Source of the DNA: Octopus sinensis
Taxonomy: Eukaryota
DNA: 64,000 bases
Direction of reading: 5' to 3'
Assembly: GCF_006345805.1 (NCBI RefSeq)
Contig: NC_042997.1
Location: 184,264,001 to 184,328,000 of the forward strand
Positions 12,432-26,196 of the stretch are shown here, piece after piece (positions within the stretch are counted from its first letter, which is position 1; each line of letters begins with the position of its first letter). Below the pieces are notes generated by a model, which was not told the DNA's origin, made no database searches, and saw nothing but the letters and a program-made list of their open reading frames with translations. The position numbers and the translations under genes were made by a program.

Positions 12432-13274
12432 AAACGAATACCAACACCAGCTTTTCCTCCTCGTGCTTTCTGCTTTAATATGTTTCAACACTGTAGAACG
12501 GTAATTTACTTTGCTTTTATTACATATCATGTGGTCAGTGAACATTTGAAAATCATTATTGAAACCGAAGCTAAGCATAGTAAGAATAGTATCTGGTTAG
12601 GAGTGAAAGTTGCAAAAACAGAAATCGAAAATAAACATCCCTCCAAAGCATTGCATTATCTAATTTTGTAAGTTGCATTAAACAGCTTCAGGATATGGTA
12701 AAGACTCATCATTGACAACATACAAAAATATTTTGTCATTGTCATTTAATATATTTCATTTGATATATTTCTTGAACACCCTTTTGAACAATCCGGCTCT
12801 TGATTAGCAGGGCAATAATTATCCCCAAGATAATACCATCAAAACGCTTATCCGCCGGTTCATTACAAATTGCTTTCAAAGTATTATCCAACAGAATGAT
12901 TGAATATTTAAAAACAACAACAGCAGCAACAAAACAGCAAATAACGCAAAAGAAAAAAACAAAAACCCCCAATTAATTTAGTTCTTGCAGAATAAAAGGA
13001 GTGTATTTTTAAGTTCTACAGGGCATTGACCAGCCCCTTGTCAATAAAATGGTACTGGGTGATATAAAAGTACGCAGAAGAACCTTTTATGTGCTCGAAT
13101 AGTTTACAAGGTCTTTGATTCTACCTCTCATGGTTGGCTTACTAAAGTGGAAGTGTATCAATTTCTTGATACTATATGAAGTTCATTAAGACAAAAATGG
13201 AAGCAACGGCAGATAGTCCTTATGAATACTGCGACTGCTGTCGCTAGCCGTATAGGAATATTCTTTTATTCTTT

Positions 13275-13475
13275 TATTCCTTTATTTGTTTCAGTCATTT
13301 GAGTGCGGCCATGCTGGAGCACCGCCTTTAGTCGAGCAAAACGACCCCCAGGACTTATTCTTTGTAAGCCTAGTGCTTATTCTATCGGTCTCTCTTTTGC
13401 CGAACCGCTAATTTACGGGGACGGAAGCACACGAGCATCGGTTGTCAAGCGATGTTGGGAGGACAAACACAGACA

Positions 13476-13553
<78 letters not shown>

Positions 13554-13718
13554 TACGACGGGCTTCTTTAAGTTTCCGTCTACCAAATCCACTCACAAGG
13601 CTTTGGTCGGCCCGAGGCTATAGTAGAAGACACTTGCCCTATGTGTCACGCAGTGCGACTGAACTCGGAACCATGTGGTTGGTAAGCAAGCTACTTACCA
13701 CACAGCCACTCCTGCGCC
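13275..13718 (-). mobile_element. tRNA-derived CORE-like SINE, family B (internal CA/TA microsatellite)
   Basis: GGCGCAGGAGTGGCTGTGTGGTAAG head; GGGCAAGTGTCTTCTACTATAGCC CORE-like segment; 3' tail GCATGGCCGCA..GACTGAAAC. Confidence 0.85.
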
Positions 13719-14716
13719 TATAATATGTAGAAGAATTTTCTAAAGGGACAGTCTATTTGATCTGTGAGTGATTAATAATAGAAATATTCGAAGTACTATA
13801 GAGAGAGCGAAAAAAAACCCTCAAAAACAAAAAGAAAAAAACACCCGACTCATTAATATTTTTTCAGCGATTTTATGCTACAAATAAATGACGCCTTGAG
13901 AGTTTCTTCTGTATTGTCAATCAATTTAGTCAGAACACTAAGATTTCCTTTGGATTGGAAACTAGAAGATGATAGTATAACGGAGCGGATTGCTCACACG
14001 GTTCTATGTATGCATCTCCTGAAATCAAAATGAGAACTACTTTCATCGATTTCAACACTGTGGAAAGAGCAAAGATCATGGACGTCAGCGCTCCTACTCT
14101 GACTAAAACAATAAAGAAACAAAAATATTAAAAAAATCTATGGGAATCGAACTTGGGTCTCAAACATAATTCACACCACATTAGCTTCAGTTGTGAAATT
14201 CATTAGTTTCTGCACTTCTCGTCTTCTTGAAGAAGTTGTGAGTTTTGTGTAATATCGTTGATAACTTAGCCTTAGATCTTATCTTAGTTCTTTTGAAAGA
14301 GTCAGTAATAAAAATAGTCAGCAGACAGACTAAATAGCAAAAGTTAATGAAGAGGCGAAGTGATTCTGAAATCTATGTTTGGTTGAAAGCCAGAACGAAA
14401 GAGTTGAGTAAATTGGTTGTATCTGTCTCGTCGGTGAAAAAAAAAATGAAGCAAGTAAAATAAATAAACAGAAAAAGCGCTATTTAAAGAAATATGATGG
14501 CTACTGATACTTAAGATCATAATCAATTTTTAGCTTTATGTATTCCTGTCACAATTTCTCAACTCACTCACATGGTTACTTTTAAGAGGCAATTCTCTGA
14601 ACAGAAATATTTATTTGACCATAACCCTAATTAGCGGAAGCTCGCTATCTTCAGCTTCAACTTGAAATAATTGCCGTCACCTTGGAGACGCTGCTTGTAC
14701 GTTTGAGTGTGTTTCA

Positions 14717-14749
<33 letters not shown>

Positions 14750-15790
14750 CATACACACGTGTGTTTGTGTATATATAATGTGCGTATGTTTATTCGTATG
14801 TGTGTTTATGTATGTATACTCTCTCATCTTACTCGCTTTAGTTAGAGTACAGAAAAATCAAAAGTGTAGACCGCCAAGACATAAAATCTTGAAACTATGA
14901 TAGTGGAATTTTATGTAAGAACAGCTTCTGGTAAATAGAGTCTCCACTAAGATTGGCAGGCTGAGGAAAAATCGATGCTTCCTTTCAACAATTTGTAACT
15001 GTTAACTTGGATTTTATTCATGGTATTAAATACCATTGAAATCTTATCGCAGAATATCACTCTTCTGCAATGTAATTATGGCCAGGAACTTTCTGCATCT
15101 GGATAACAATAATTGTTATTTTATAGCCGAAAAGGATCTTAAATAGAAACCTTTCCAATATTTATCACAGACAATGGGCTTCAGAATATGGAGTCAGCAA
15201 TCATTGAAGTTTTCTGATTGAAGAGGAAAAAGAGGTAGTGGTAGTAATAGTAGGAATAGTAGTAGTACAACAACAACAACAGCAGCAACAACAACGATAA
15301 TAGTAATAATTATAACAACACCAGCAACACTAAATATTGTTTACACAGTCAGTTTATTAAACGATAGTAACCACAGAACACAAAGAAGATAATAAAATAG
15401 CTAAAATATAGAACTTCTTAAAGCATGACAGGAAAACTAGTTTTATAATTTGAAGGAATATATCGCGAATACCTTAAAATAGAAGGGTAACTCCTTCATC
15501 AAGTTTCGATTCCTAGTTGCTATTGGCTTATGTTGCTATTCCTAGTTGCTATTCTTTTATGTTGCTAGTGGCTTTGAGAAAAGCACGAGGCTCATCAACT
15601 CATTTTTTCTTAATTATGACCAAGTATGTTAGCACCGTTTGAAATAACAATGTTTCATGCAGCAGTTGTCTCCGGTACTTTTTTTAATACACCACTCATT
15701 TTTTAAAATTGTCACATCAATCTGTGCTCGTTCACCAAAGTGCTATATCTTGTCTAGCTATTCTAAGGTCTTGCAGTAGCAGTTAGACTA

Positions 15791-15836
15791 TAATCAGCTG
15801 ATGAGATCTTATAATATCGAAACATGTTCGGTGTTA
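15791..15836 (+). ncRNA. Minimal type I hammerhead motif (intact core, imperfect stem I)
   Basis: CUGAUGA 15798-15804, GAU..AUC stem II, GAAACAUGUU with palindromic ACAUGU stem III. Confidence 0.55.
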
Positions 15837-16025
15837 TCACGGTACTGTTATATCCCATTCTCATTGCATTCTGTAATCAAATTTTATTAATTTTAATTCC
15901 GAACTTGCCGTCCCTATTTTCCTAGTCATTAAGTTATTGGTTTTTCTTATAACTACCGGTGTAAAATGTGCAATTTAGCATAAACTATACGTTCATGTAT
16001 AGTTTTACGATTCTATTTTGTCCAT

Positions 16026-16058
<33 letters not shown>

Positions 16059-16081
16059 CACGCACACACACGCACACACAC

Positions 16082-16135
<54 letters not shown>

Positions 16136-16264
16136 TGGTATCAGTAAGACCCAAAGGTGTCAGGTAATGCTGAGTAAGAGCTATAGATAGACTATAGTTA
16201 AGCTCCAGGTTCAGTGATTATGCGAATAAGGAGTTCAATATAGGTTATTTATCAGCATGCGTAT

Positions 16265-16750
16265 ATATAAATTCTTTTTTCAGAATGAGAGAAAGAAACC
16301 AAGGCTGTGAAGATTTTAGAACATTTATAAGTAGAAGGTCTTACAGCTGTTTCCAGGATATTTATTATATCTTACAGCTGTTTCCAGATACTTATTATAT
16401 TCCTTCGTCGGAGACGGTGTGAGAAAATGGTTAAGCAAGATAAGATACGAAATAAAGAGTGAAGTGGAGGAATGAAAATAGATGTGAGATATGCAGGGAT
16501 ATTGCATTTGTAGATCCATGCAATATCCCTGCATATCTCACATCTATTTTCATTCCTCCACTTCACTCTTTATTTCGTATCTTATCTTGCTTAACCATTT
16601 TCTCACACCGTCTCCGACGAAGGAATATAATAAGTATCTGGAAACAGCTGTAAGATATAATAAATATCTTGGAAACAGCTGTAAGACCTTCTACTTATAA
16701 ATGTTCTAAAATCTTCACACCCTTTGTTTTTTTATCTCATTCTGAAAAAA

Positions 16751-16758
<8 letters not shown>
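16265..16758. repeat. ~245-bp-arm near-perfect palindrome with degenerate HHR-like motif in each arm
   Basis: 10-nt spacer 16508-16517; GUCU-CCGACGA..GAAACAGCUGUA-AGAC with a duplicated GAAACAGCTGTA block. Confidence 0.85.
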
Positions 16759-16787
<29 letters not shown>

Positions 16788-16889
16788 TACAGCATACATA
16801 TATACAGACACACACACAAACACACCCATATAATGCACACACACACACATATATATATTTATGCATACACATATATATAATTTATATTT

Positions 16890-17090
16890 TCTCTCCTTCT
16901 TTCTGTGTTTTTTTTCTCCGTGTATCTTTCTGTTGAAGAGCGTAGGCTCGAAACGTTAAAGACTTGTTTCATTTATATTTCCTGAGCGCCATACTAATAC
17001 AATTGTTGTTTGTATTCCACCTGCCTTCGTCTTTTGTTTATTTCCGTAAACCTGCCTTCGTCTTTTGTCTATTTTCATAAAGCTTCCGTT

Positions 17091-17092
<2 letters not shown>
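16890..17092 (+). mobile_element. HHR-like mini-element, second subfamily (relatives at 33660-33868 minus and ~35085-35175 minus)
   Basis: CUUU-CUGUUGA-A-GAGC-guag-GCUC-GAAACGUU-AAAG at 16926-16961; ends in (TA)n. Confidence 0.65.
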
Positions 17093-17149
<57 letters not shown>

Positions 17150-19670
17150 ACATACATACGTGCACATGTATTTGTGTTTGTGTGTGTATGCGTATGTGTG
17201 TGTGTGTGTTTGTATAACTTACCCTTTTGTTGACCATTACAACTAAACAGCCCTATGCTATTGGTCTGACACTATTCTTGAATGGAAGAAGAATATTTCC
17301 TTAAAAAGAAATGCCAAGCCCCCTTTCGTACGTCTCTTCAGACGCGTTCTACAATCTCGCTTGTTATTGTTGTTTTAATTTGAACTGTGCGATGTCGATG
17401 AAAACCCCCCTCCCCCCCCAAAAGAAACAGAAACATATTTCATTTTCTCATTTCTCATACTGCAATGCCCACAGACCTTTCAGATTAACTAATAACCCAT
17501 CTTATATCCCTGGGGCGAAAAAAGGTTTGTCTTGACATTGGTTTACATAACAGTGTATGTTTTTGCGATTGACCATTTGTTACCATCGCGTTGCAAGCTG
17601 GCCATTTCAGAATTAGCAGTTATAGCACTAGCTGCATTTCAGAATAGCGGTTATAGCACTAGCTGCAATAACGTAAACAAGCACGTTACCTCCCAATTAT
17701 TTTGAAATGCAACAATCGATTTTCTTAAAAATTAAAGAAACCGATAAAGCTTCAAGCATAACACACACACAATGGAAAATACACACTATAAGAGTAATGT
17801 TGAAAACATTGATTTAAATGGGTGATGCCTGTGTAAAGGTTACAAATTGAAGCGATATCATTTCATCTTCTGCAAGCGATGTGCGTCTTACGAAGGGCCT
17901 TGATATGAGTCAGTTCCAATAGAGGAACTAAGTTTGAAGGAAATATGTCGAGAAAGATGTTGTTTTTTTGGTTAGTGTAGCTTATCCAAGAAAGGTCGGG
18001 GTGGAAAATAACGTACGCCAATGTTACAAACACAAAATAGAAAGGATGTCTGACCGACATTTGGAATTATATGTTCTCCTGAAATTTCAGGAAAGCATAT
18101 AGAATTGTGTTTAAAATCGTGAACGAGATGAGGAGACCAACAACACCAGTTCGATGTTATGCACGCCTGCTAACAAGTGGTATCATAGTACACGGGAAAG
18201 AGAATTACAAGGGTCACAATCAGGAGTATTTGTACTGACTTTTACTCTTGTTTTGCAACGTCCTTGCGTCACAGAGTGCAAAAGTGCTGAGCGTAGGAAT
18301 GATTTAAAACATGAGAACGACTGGGGTTTGCAAGGACCTTCAGGTTTTGATAATCCACTGATACTACAAGACACAGATTTGTGCTCCACTGAGGAAGAGG
18401 TGGAAAGGTCAATCGGATTAGACTTTATATCAAGCATTACAATTACCAAATAAAGAATTTCTTCACCATACTCGCAAAAAAGAATTTTAGTTACTTTAGG
18501 ATGGTCTGCCTCACATACGATGGTCTACCTCACATACGATGGTCTGCTTCACATACGGACTTTATTTGTTTGCACATTTTGATTACATTTCACTTTCAAA
18601 ATCTCTATCATATACGCCTACCATACAAAGCAAATATATAAATAAGATGTAAAAGACAACACGAAAGCAAATTACATGACAGAATAAAAAAAGCGGAAAA
18701 AATGAACATTTTAATGAATATTTAACAGCAGAAAATATTTCTAACTGTCTAACAAATTATTTTAGAGACAGTGATAATAACAACACTCGGGCACAGACAT
18801 CTTTAACTATTCATTTAGTAGTTGTATTAAGCTCGTTTTACCTCTACGGCTTTTTTTTTTTGTAAAGTTTCTCTTTTCCGTAGGATCTAATCTAATAGAG
18901 AATAGAGAAGTAAACCATGTCTCAAATGGTATGGCGGCTGTTTTCAATTGCCGTCGAAATAACAATTAGAAGAGCTACCGATGGAAATTTCGGGAGGAAT
19001 TCTTTCGATCGAAAGCGAAAAAGGTTATGGTATTCTCTGCTGCACGGTTAAGAAAATAACTCGCCCAAAACACAGACTGAAATAGATATATCCCTATTCA
19101 AGTTAGAGAAATAAAAAGGTGATGATAAGGAACGGTTGGTGGAAAGGATGTGAATCCGTAGCTGGTTGCCACTTTTATATCGTAGTGTGGGCGGGTGATT
19201 AAAGCAGCGATGACAAGAGGTGACTGGTGACCCAGGGCGTCAAAATGAATTTCTAAATTCTAATGATTTCCGGAGTTCACAAAGCCATGACAATGCTGTG
19301 CCCACTTGGAGGGTACCAAGACAAAGAGCCTGAGACTGATGGTAGAGAGAAAAAAAGCTTTGTTTCTAAACATGTGGTAATAAGAACCTCTTCAAAATCT
19401 TTTGCTTCGCAGAACTGGAAAGATTAAGGAAATATAGTTGAAAGGAGAGCAACGGAGACTAACTGAAGCAGTAACAAGAACGACAGGACCTGGTTTGCAG
19501 ATCACCGCCGATCACAGCTTTAGAAACGGAAGTCGGAATCTTGGTAACTACTAATAACGCCAATCTATTGTTGTGAGATGAGGAAAAGGTAATGGTTGCG
19601 GAGGAAATAGTTAAAATACCAGGGAAAAACAAAAAGATTATCTCCATAAAGATGTCACAAAAAATAAACT

Positions 19671-19823
19671 GGCTGTGTGGTAAGTAGCTTGCTTACAAAC
19701 CACATGGTTCCGGATCCAGTCTCTCTGCGTGGCACCTTGGGCAAGTGTCTTCTACTATAACCTCAGGCCGACCAAAGCCTTGTGAGTGGATTTGGTAGAT
19801 GGAAACTGAAAGAAGCCCGTCGT

Positions 19824-19896
<73 letters not shown>

Positions 19897-20095
19897 GTGT
19901 GTGTGTGTTTGTCCCCCAACATCGCTTGATGTTGTGTTTATGTCCCTGTAACTTAGCGGTTCGGCAAAAGAGAGACCGATAGAATAAGTTCTAGGTTTAC
20001 AAAAATAAGTCCTGGGATCGATTTGCTCGACTAAAGGCGGTGCCCCAGCATGGCCACAGTCAAATGACTGAAACAAGTCAAAGAGTAAAGAGAGT
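19671..20095 (+). mobile_element. SINE family B
   Basis: Matches the 13275-13718 family. Confidence 0.85.
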
Positions 20096-20262
20096 AACAA
20101 CAGAAAACAATAAAAATGGCTGAGGAGGAACAAACTATTCAAAGCAAAACTGATGTCCCTCTTTTGTGTAATGATAGAGACGATGAAGTAGTAGTCGGGG
20201 AACTGTGAGTTAGGATCGGTAGAGCACCGAGTAAATGCCTTGCGATATTCAGTTAATTAGAA

Positions 20263-20676
20263 GGCGGCGAGCTGGCAGAATCGTTAGCACGCCGGGCGAA
20301 ATGCTTAGCGGTATTTCGTCTGCCGTTACGTTCTGAGTTCAAATTCCACCGAGGTCGACTTTGCCTCTCATCCTTTCGGGGTCGATAAACTAAGTACCAG
20401 TTACGCACAGGGGCCGATGTAATGGACTTAATCTGTTTGTCTGTCCTTGTTTGTCCCTTCTGTGTTTGGCCCCTTGTGGGTAGTAAAAAATAGGTATTTC
20501 GTCTGCCGCCACGTTCTGAGTTCAAATTCCGCCGAGGTCGACTTTGTCTTTCATCCTTTCGGAGTCGATTAAATAAGTACCAGTTACGCACTGGGGCCGA
20601 TGTAATCGACTTTATCTGTTTGTCTGTCCTTGTTTGTCCCCTCTGTGTTTAGCCCCTTGTGGGTAATAAAGAAACA
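20263..20676 (+). mobile_element. SINE family A with two body units
   Basis: Head plus repeated TATTTCGTCTGCC..AAAGAAA unit. Confidence 0.85.
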
Positions 20677-21108
20677 GATATTCACTTAATTATCTTTACC
20701 TACTGCATTCAAACACTACTAGGACAGACTGTATCTTTCACCCCCCACCCAAGGTTGATAACATGTGTAACAGTCAAAGACTGGAGTCGTTTCTCCATCC
20801 CCATGAAAATGTGAATTCTTGTTGGAAATCATTATCATTATTTTTTTATCTCATAGATCTTGTTTATCGTTGTACCAGTGTCAAACTTTATTTCTTCCTG
20901 TCTTCGAGTTATCAGTATCACAGTTGGTCTCTTTTTTTACCTTTTATTTCAAAAGTATATTCTCATTTACATTCACACTTCTCTATGTATACAGATTCAC
21001 ACGGAAACTAATCTTATGGTTACACACATACAACCAGTTTCTTTCTGTCTCCTCTCTATTTCTTTACACACCACACACACACACACACACACACACACAC
21101 CACACACA

Positions 21109-21148
<40 letters not shown>

Positions 21149-22071
21149 CATACATGCATATACACTCTCTAAATATACACAGCTATATTTTAACATATGG
21201 AAAATGCTGTCAATATATTTGCACTCTATAACAGGACAAAAATTTGAATATTTTTTTATTTTATTTGCGGAGCTGCCTGAAAGAGATTCTTCTGAGAATT
21301 TGTTTTCTCACACTTATGGCCTCAATTATTATGGACACTATAATTGGTTTCCTATTTCCTGTTTTATTTTATATATACATATCTATCTTTCGATGTTTAT
21401 ATTTCGATAGTTTTTCAGCTTCCTTAATTAACTGCTATGCCTGTCCTTTAGACATCTCATGATAATCAAGCTACATTTTATATTCCTCGTCTTTGATGAC
21501 AATATCAGGCGTATTCGCAGTTTTCTTTTCATCCCATATTGTTATTTTATCTCATTTTTTACCTCGCATAATCTTCCAGATATATATTCATCCAAACTAC
21601 TTATTGCATATGGAAATGAGCTAGGACTTTCAGATTTTCTAGTATAGTATCCAACATCTCTCTTTTATCTCTAGTTGTTTATTTCTAGATGAGACTAGGT
21701 AGACGGCAAGATAAAGTGTCTCATCAAACTGACTCCATATTTATAATGGCTTTCATGTAGTCACTATGTCGAGCCTTTGGTTTTATGTTTTATACCTGTG
21801 TATATTGGAACTTGTGGCTGTTAGCCACACATATATCGTGTCTGCATCACAGTATTATTTACCCTGATTTTCCTCAGGTATTTTTAGTGTTTTAGTATAT
21901 GCTGTATTTATGATTTCATTTCCTTTGTGCGAGTTACTGCTTCAATATTATTATCAATATAGTGCCGTTTCACGTTTGTATATACATTATAAGTATTATG
22001 CACACCGATATGTTAATCTAATGTTGATTCGAGTACGTACATTTACTATCAATATTATTAAGTGACTCAAA

Positions 22072-22650
22072 GGTGGCGACCTGCCAGAACTGTTAGCACG
22101 TCGGCAAAATGCTGAGCGGGATTTTGTCCGTCTTCACGTTCTGAGTTCAAATTCCACCGAGGTTGACTTTGCGTTTCTTCTTTCGGGGTCGATGTAATTT
22201 ACTTACCTCCTTCCCCGAAAATGCTGGCCTCGTGCCAAAATTTGAAATTAAGTACCAGTTACGCACTGGGGGTTGATGTAATCGACTTAATCCGTTTGTC
22301 TGTCCTTGTTTGTCCTCTCTATGTTTAGCCCCTTGTGAGTAGTAAAGAAATAGAAATAGGTATTTCGTCTGTCGCTACGTTCTGAGTTGAAATTCCGCCG
22401 AGGTCGACTTTGCCTTTCAACCTTTCAGGGTCGATTAAATAAGTACCAGTTACGCACTGGGGTCGATATAATCGACTTAATCCGTTTGTCTGTCCTTGTT
22501 TGTCCCCTCTGTGTGTAGCCCCTTGTGGGCAATAAAGAAACAAGAATCGTTAGCACGCCGGGAAAAATGCTAAGCGGCATTTCATCCCTTTTTATGTTCT
22601 GAGTTCAAATTCTGGAGGTCGATAAAATAAATACCAGTCAAATACTGGGG
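22072..22650 (+). mobile_element. Nested/concatenated SINE family A copies
   Basis: Short-tail and long-tail segments joined. Confidence 0.75.
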
Positions 22651-23344
22651 TCGATGTACTCAACTAGCTTTATAACATACAAGGGACTGATTGGAGTGAT
22701 TTAACCCTTCTATTTTACTTATATATTATCTATTTTGCCAGTGTTTTTACCAATGTAGGAAATCAATATTATATTTTTTAGAATCAAACACATTTCTGTT
22801 TTTAATTCTTCACTTCTTTGCTAGAAGACTACTGCCGTTTTCTTTTGTAGTGATTGTAAATTGTATCTAAAACTGTTTCAGGTAGATATTTACTTTAACT
22901 GTTGCCAATGTTGTTAGCTTCTAGTTGGTTTGTACCTATCTAAGATATTCAAGTTACTGAGAAACAATGAAGAGTGAAAAGTGTCTAGACTTTGAAGGGA
23001 ACTGAGAAAGCTTTTGGATATGAAAATGATTTCATAATCCGTCTCGGTATAGGAAGAATGGGAATAACACAGACATGCACACGCACACACAGAGAGGCAC
23101 ACGCGCGCGCACGCGCGCACACACACACACACACAAAAGCTCAAAAGACGGAGAAAGATTGAAGTGACTCTTGGGTAGCAGGATCGCTGAAAATAGTCAT
23201 ACTGAGAAACCGAAAGTCTTTGGGAGATAAAGGAACTTGTTGCGACACAATTTTAATCCGTTGGAATCTCACTTTTCTACTACTACTACTGCTGTTACTA
23301 CTACTACTACTCTACTACTACTACTACTGCTGCTGTTGCTGTTG

Positions 23345-23379
<35 letters not shown>

Positions 23380-23552
23380 GCTGCTGCTGCTGTTGTTATT
23401 TCTGCATCTGCTGCTGTTGTCCCTCTTGTTTCCATTTTCCCCTTCACATCTTTCTCTTTCCTTTTCTCCCTCCTCCACGCTTCTCCCCTCCTCCACGCTT
23501 CTCCCCTCCTCCACGCTTCTCCCCTCCTCCTCTTACCACCACCACCACCACC

Positions 23553-23673
<121 letters not shown>

Positions 23674-23954
23674 CACCACCACCACCACTACTGTTTAATG
23701 CATTATGGACAAATACAGTAACTTTATAGGTGGTAATTTGAGGAATAAACTCAATCTGTTAAGTTTGCCAATATGTTGAAATACTCTTGGATGTGTTACT
23801 AGAAATAATTTATAGCAGCCATAAATTAAGTTTCGGGTTCTTGATATTTTATTTCAGAGCAATTTTCAATGTTTAAATGTTGAAAGAAAGAAGAGAGAGA
23901 GAGAGAGAGAGAGTAAGAGAGAGAGAGTGTGTGAGTAAGAGAGAGAGAGAGAGA

Positions 23955-24005
<51 letters not shown>

Positions 24006-24937
24006 ATAAATGAATAAATAAAAACTTGTTTGTGGTGGATATTGAATATTTCATTTAGGTCATATTGGACTGTTGAAATCAACAAAAAAAGAAAAAGATG
24101 ATAAAAACCAATGAAAACATTTATAAATATTTGACTGAAATTAGCTTTGCAGCAAACTTTATTCATGTATGAAAGAATTTAAACTCATAATTTGCTTTGG
24201 TAGAAGTTAAATATGTTGCGGATGTTGACCAGAGAAAGAAAACTGAATAGAGTAGAAAACGAAAAGAAGAAAAAAAAATGGAAGAAAAGGAAAGCAATGA
24301 AAACGTAAATTATAACAACGGGAAGAGAATAGAAATGAGGGAAATTGGTGATTTAAGTAACATAGCGTGACTTTAACAAATGTTCATAATTCGATGTAGC
24401 ATTGGTAGCTATCTGATCGAATTAACATAAAGAGAGAAGACAAACATGTGAAAGCAGACGACCGTAAATGAATTGATTATTCTGTCAGTAGTGTCAACAA
24501 CAAGAGACTGTAAATTTGAGGAAGCTTTCAAATGTACAAAATTATTACCCAAGTCAGGCAACTAGATTTCAAAGTAGGTTATCGTTTTTCAATACGTCCT
24601 TTACGAAATGATATCAAATTGTCCCAATGTTTCATATGAAACACTCTACGCCTATTTCATTAGTGCACTAAATCAATGACAATTAGTTACACAGACGGTA
24701 TATATATCATTTAAGGAAGCCAGAATTTTCGATTAAGTTTTCGAAGAGTCTTCTAAAATGTGAATTTGCTAAATGGCGTTTAAATGTTTGCTTTATCTTT
24801 TAACAAGTTAGTAAAAACTTCTAAATTACTATGTTTCGGAAGTAATACAATGCATTTAGGCTTATACATACATCCATATCCACAAACGTACAAACAGACA
24901 TGTATTCATAAGAATCATATAGATATATGCATATTAT

Positions 24938-25225
24938 TTTTACTTGTTTCAGTCATTTGACTGTGGCCAAGTAAATCGATCCCAGGACTTATTCTTTGGA
25001 AGCCTAGTACTTATTCTATCAGTCTCTTTTGCCGAACCGCTTAGTGACGGGGACGTAAACACACCAGCATCGGTTGTCAAGCGACAAATACAGACACACA
25101 AACACATACATAATACATACATACATACATACATACATACATACATACATACATACATACATACATACATGCATGCATACATACATACATGCATACATAC
25201 ATACATACATGCATACATACATACA

Positions 25226-25261
<36 letters not shown>

Positions 25262-25424
25262 CGACGGGCTTCTTTCAGTTTCCATCTACCAAATCCACTC
25301 ACAAGGCTTTGGTTGGCCCGAGGCTATAGTGGAAGACACTTGCCCAAGGTGCCACGCAGTGGTAATGAACCCGGAAGCATGTGGTTGGTAAGCAAGCTAC
25401 TTACCACACAGCCACTCCTGCGCC
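24938..25424 (-). mobile_element. SINE family B
   Basis: Matches family; internal (CATA)n. Confidence 0.85.
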
Positions 25425-25425
25425 T

Positions 25426-25471
<46 letters not shown>

Positions 25472-25630
25472 TATAATATATTATATATTATATATATATA
25501 TAAGTTCAGCAAAAATTTAGATTCAAATGAATATGGTACTTAATTTAGATACACCAGAATTTTGTATGGTGTTATCCATAAAAATCCGTGGGGTGATTAT
25601 AATCAAAATAAGCAACAAGAATGACTCCGG

Positions 25631-25723
25631 TAATTTGGTACGATCGTTTCGTACTACATCATTTTATTAAATGTTGTAAGTATTACAATAGATTTAAGAT
25701 GCTGAGTACTCATCAGCCAATTA
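25631..25723 (-). ncRNA. Type I hammerhead ribozyme with long stem II
   Basis: Reverse complement of the 25956-26048 motif. Confidence 0.85.
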
Positions 25724-25955
25724 TAGAGGTTTTCCATTAATACAAAAATCTTCAAATCAAGTGGCAACATCATAGAGAAGGTAGATATATAGACAAAAAT
25801 GTGGATTTAAATTTTAAGAACATATGAGGTAGTGGAGTCTCAGTCACTACCTCATATGTTCTTAAAATTTAAATCCACATCTTTGTCTATATATCTACCT
25901 TCTCTGTGATGTTGCCACTTGATTTGAAAATTTTTGTATTAATGGAACACCTCTA

Positions 25956-26048
25956 TAATTGGCTGATGAGTACTCAGCATCTTAAATCTGTTGTAATACT
26001 TACAACATTTAATAAAATGATGTAGTACGAAACGATCGTACCAAATTA
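25956..26048 (+). ncRNA. Type I hammerhead ribozyme with long stem II
   Basis: UAAUUGG | CUGAUGA | GUACU..AGUAC | GAAAC-GAUC-GUA | CCAAAUUA; palindromic ACGAUCGU stem III; predicted cleavage after 26040. Confidence 0.88.
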
Positions 26049-26072
26049 CCGGAGTCATTCTTGTTGCTTATT

Positions 26073-26130
<58 letters not shown>

Positions 26131-26196
26131 AAAAAATGAAGTTCGAAAATGCTGCTATATTAGACAAATTTTTAATTTTTATATATACATTATTTA

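Larger units (their letters stand above)
25502..26076. mobile_element. Head-to-head palindrome (arms 25602-25834 / 25845-26076) with a canonical HHR in each arm and a 100-bp asymmetric tail, in (TA)n
   Basis: Arms nearly identical as reverse complements; 10-nt spacer; TA tracts on both sides. Confidence 0.9.

Noticed and set aside
18154-18453. Overlapping 99-aa and 88-aa ORFs as a host exon (also 12742-12972)
   Set aside because: No recognisable family motif or convincing splice boundaries.
18500-18558. 19-bp x3 minisatellite; also small local duplications at ~17600-17670, ~31130-31460 and ~38100/38935
   Set aside because: Ordinary short tandem or local duplications with no further structure.
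18950-19650. Possible decayed LINE APE endonuclease (also ~60130-60660 minus; possible RT remnant ~39700-39970 minus)
   Set aside because: Only isolated GD/DH/YAxD-like words across many stops; needs a profile search.
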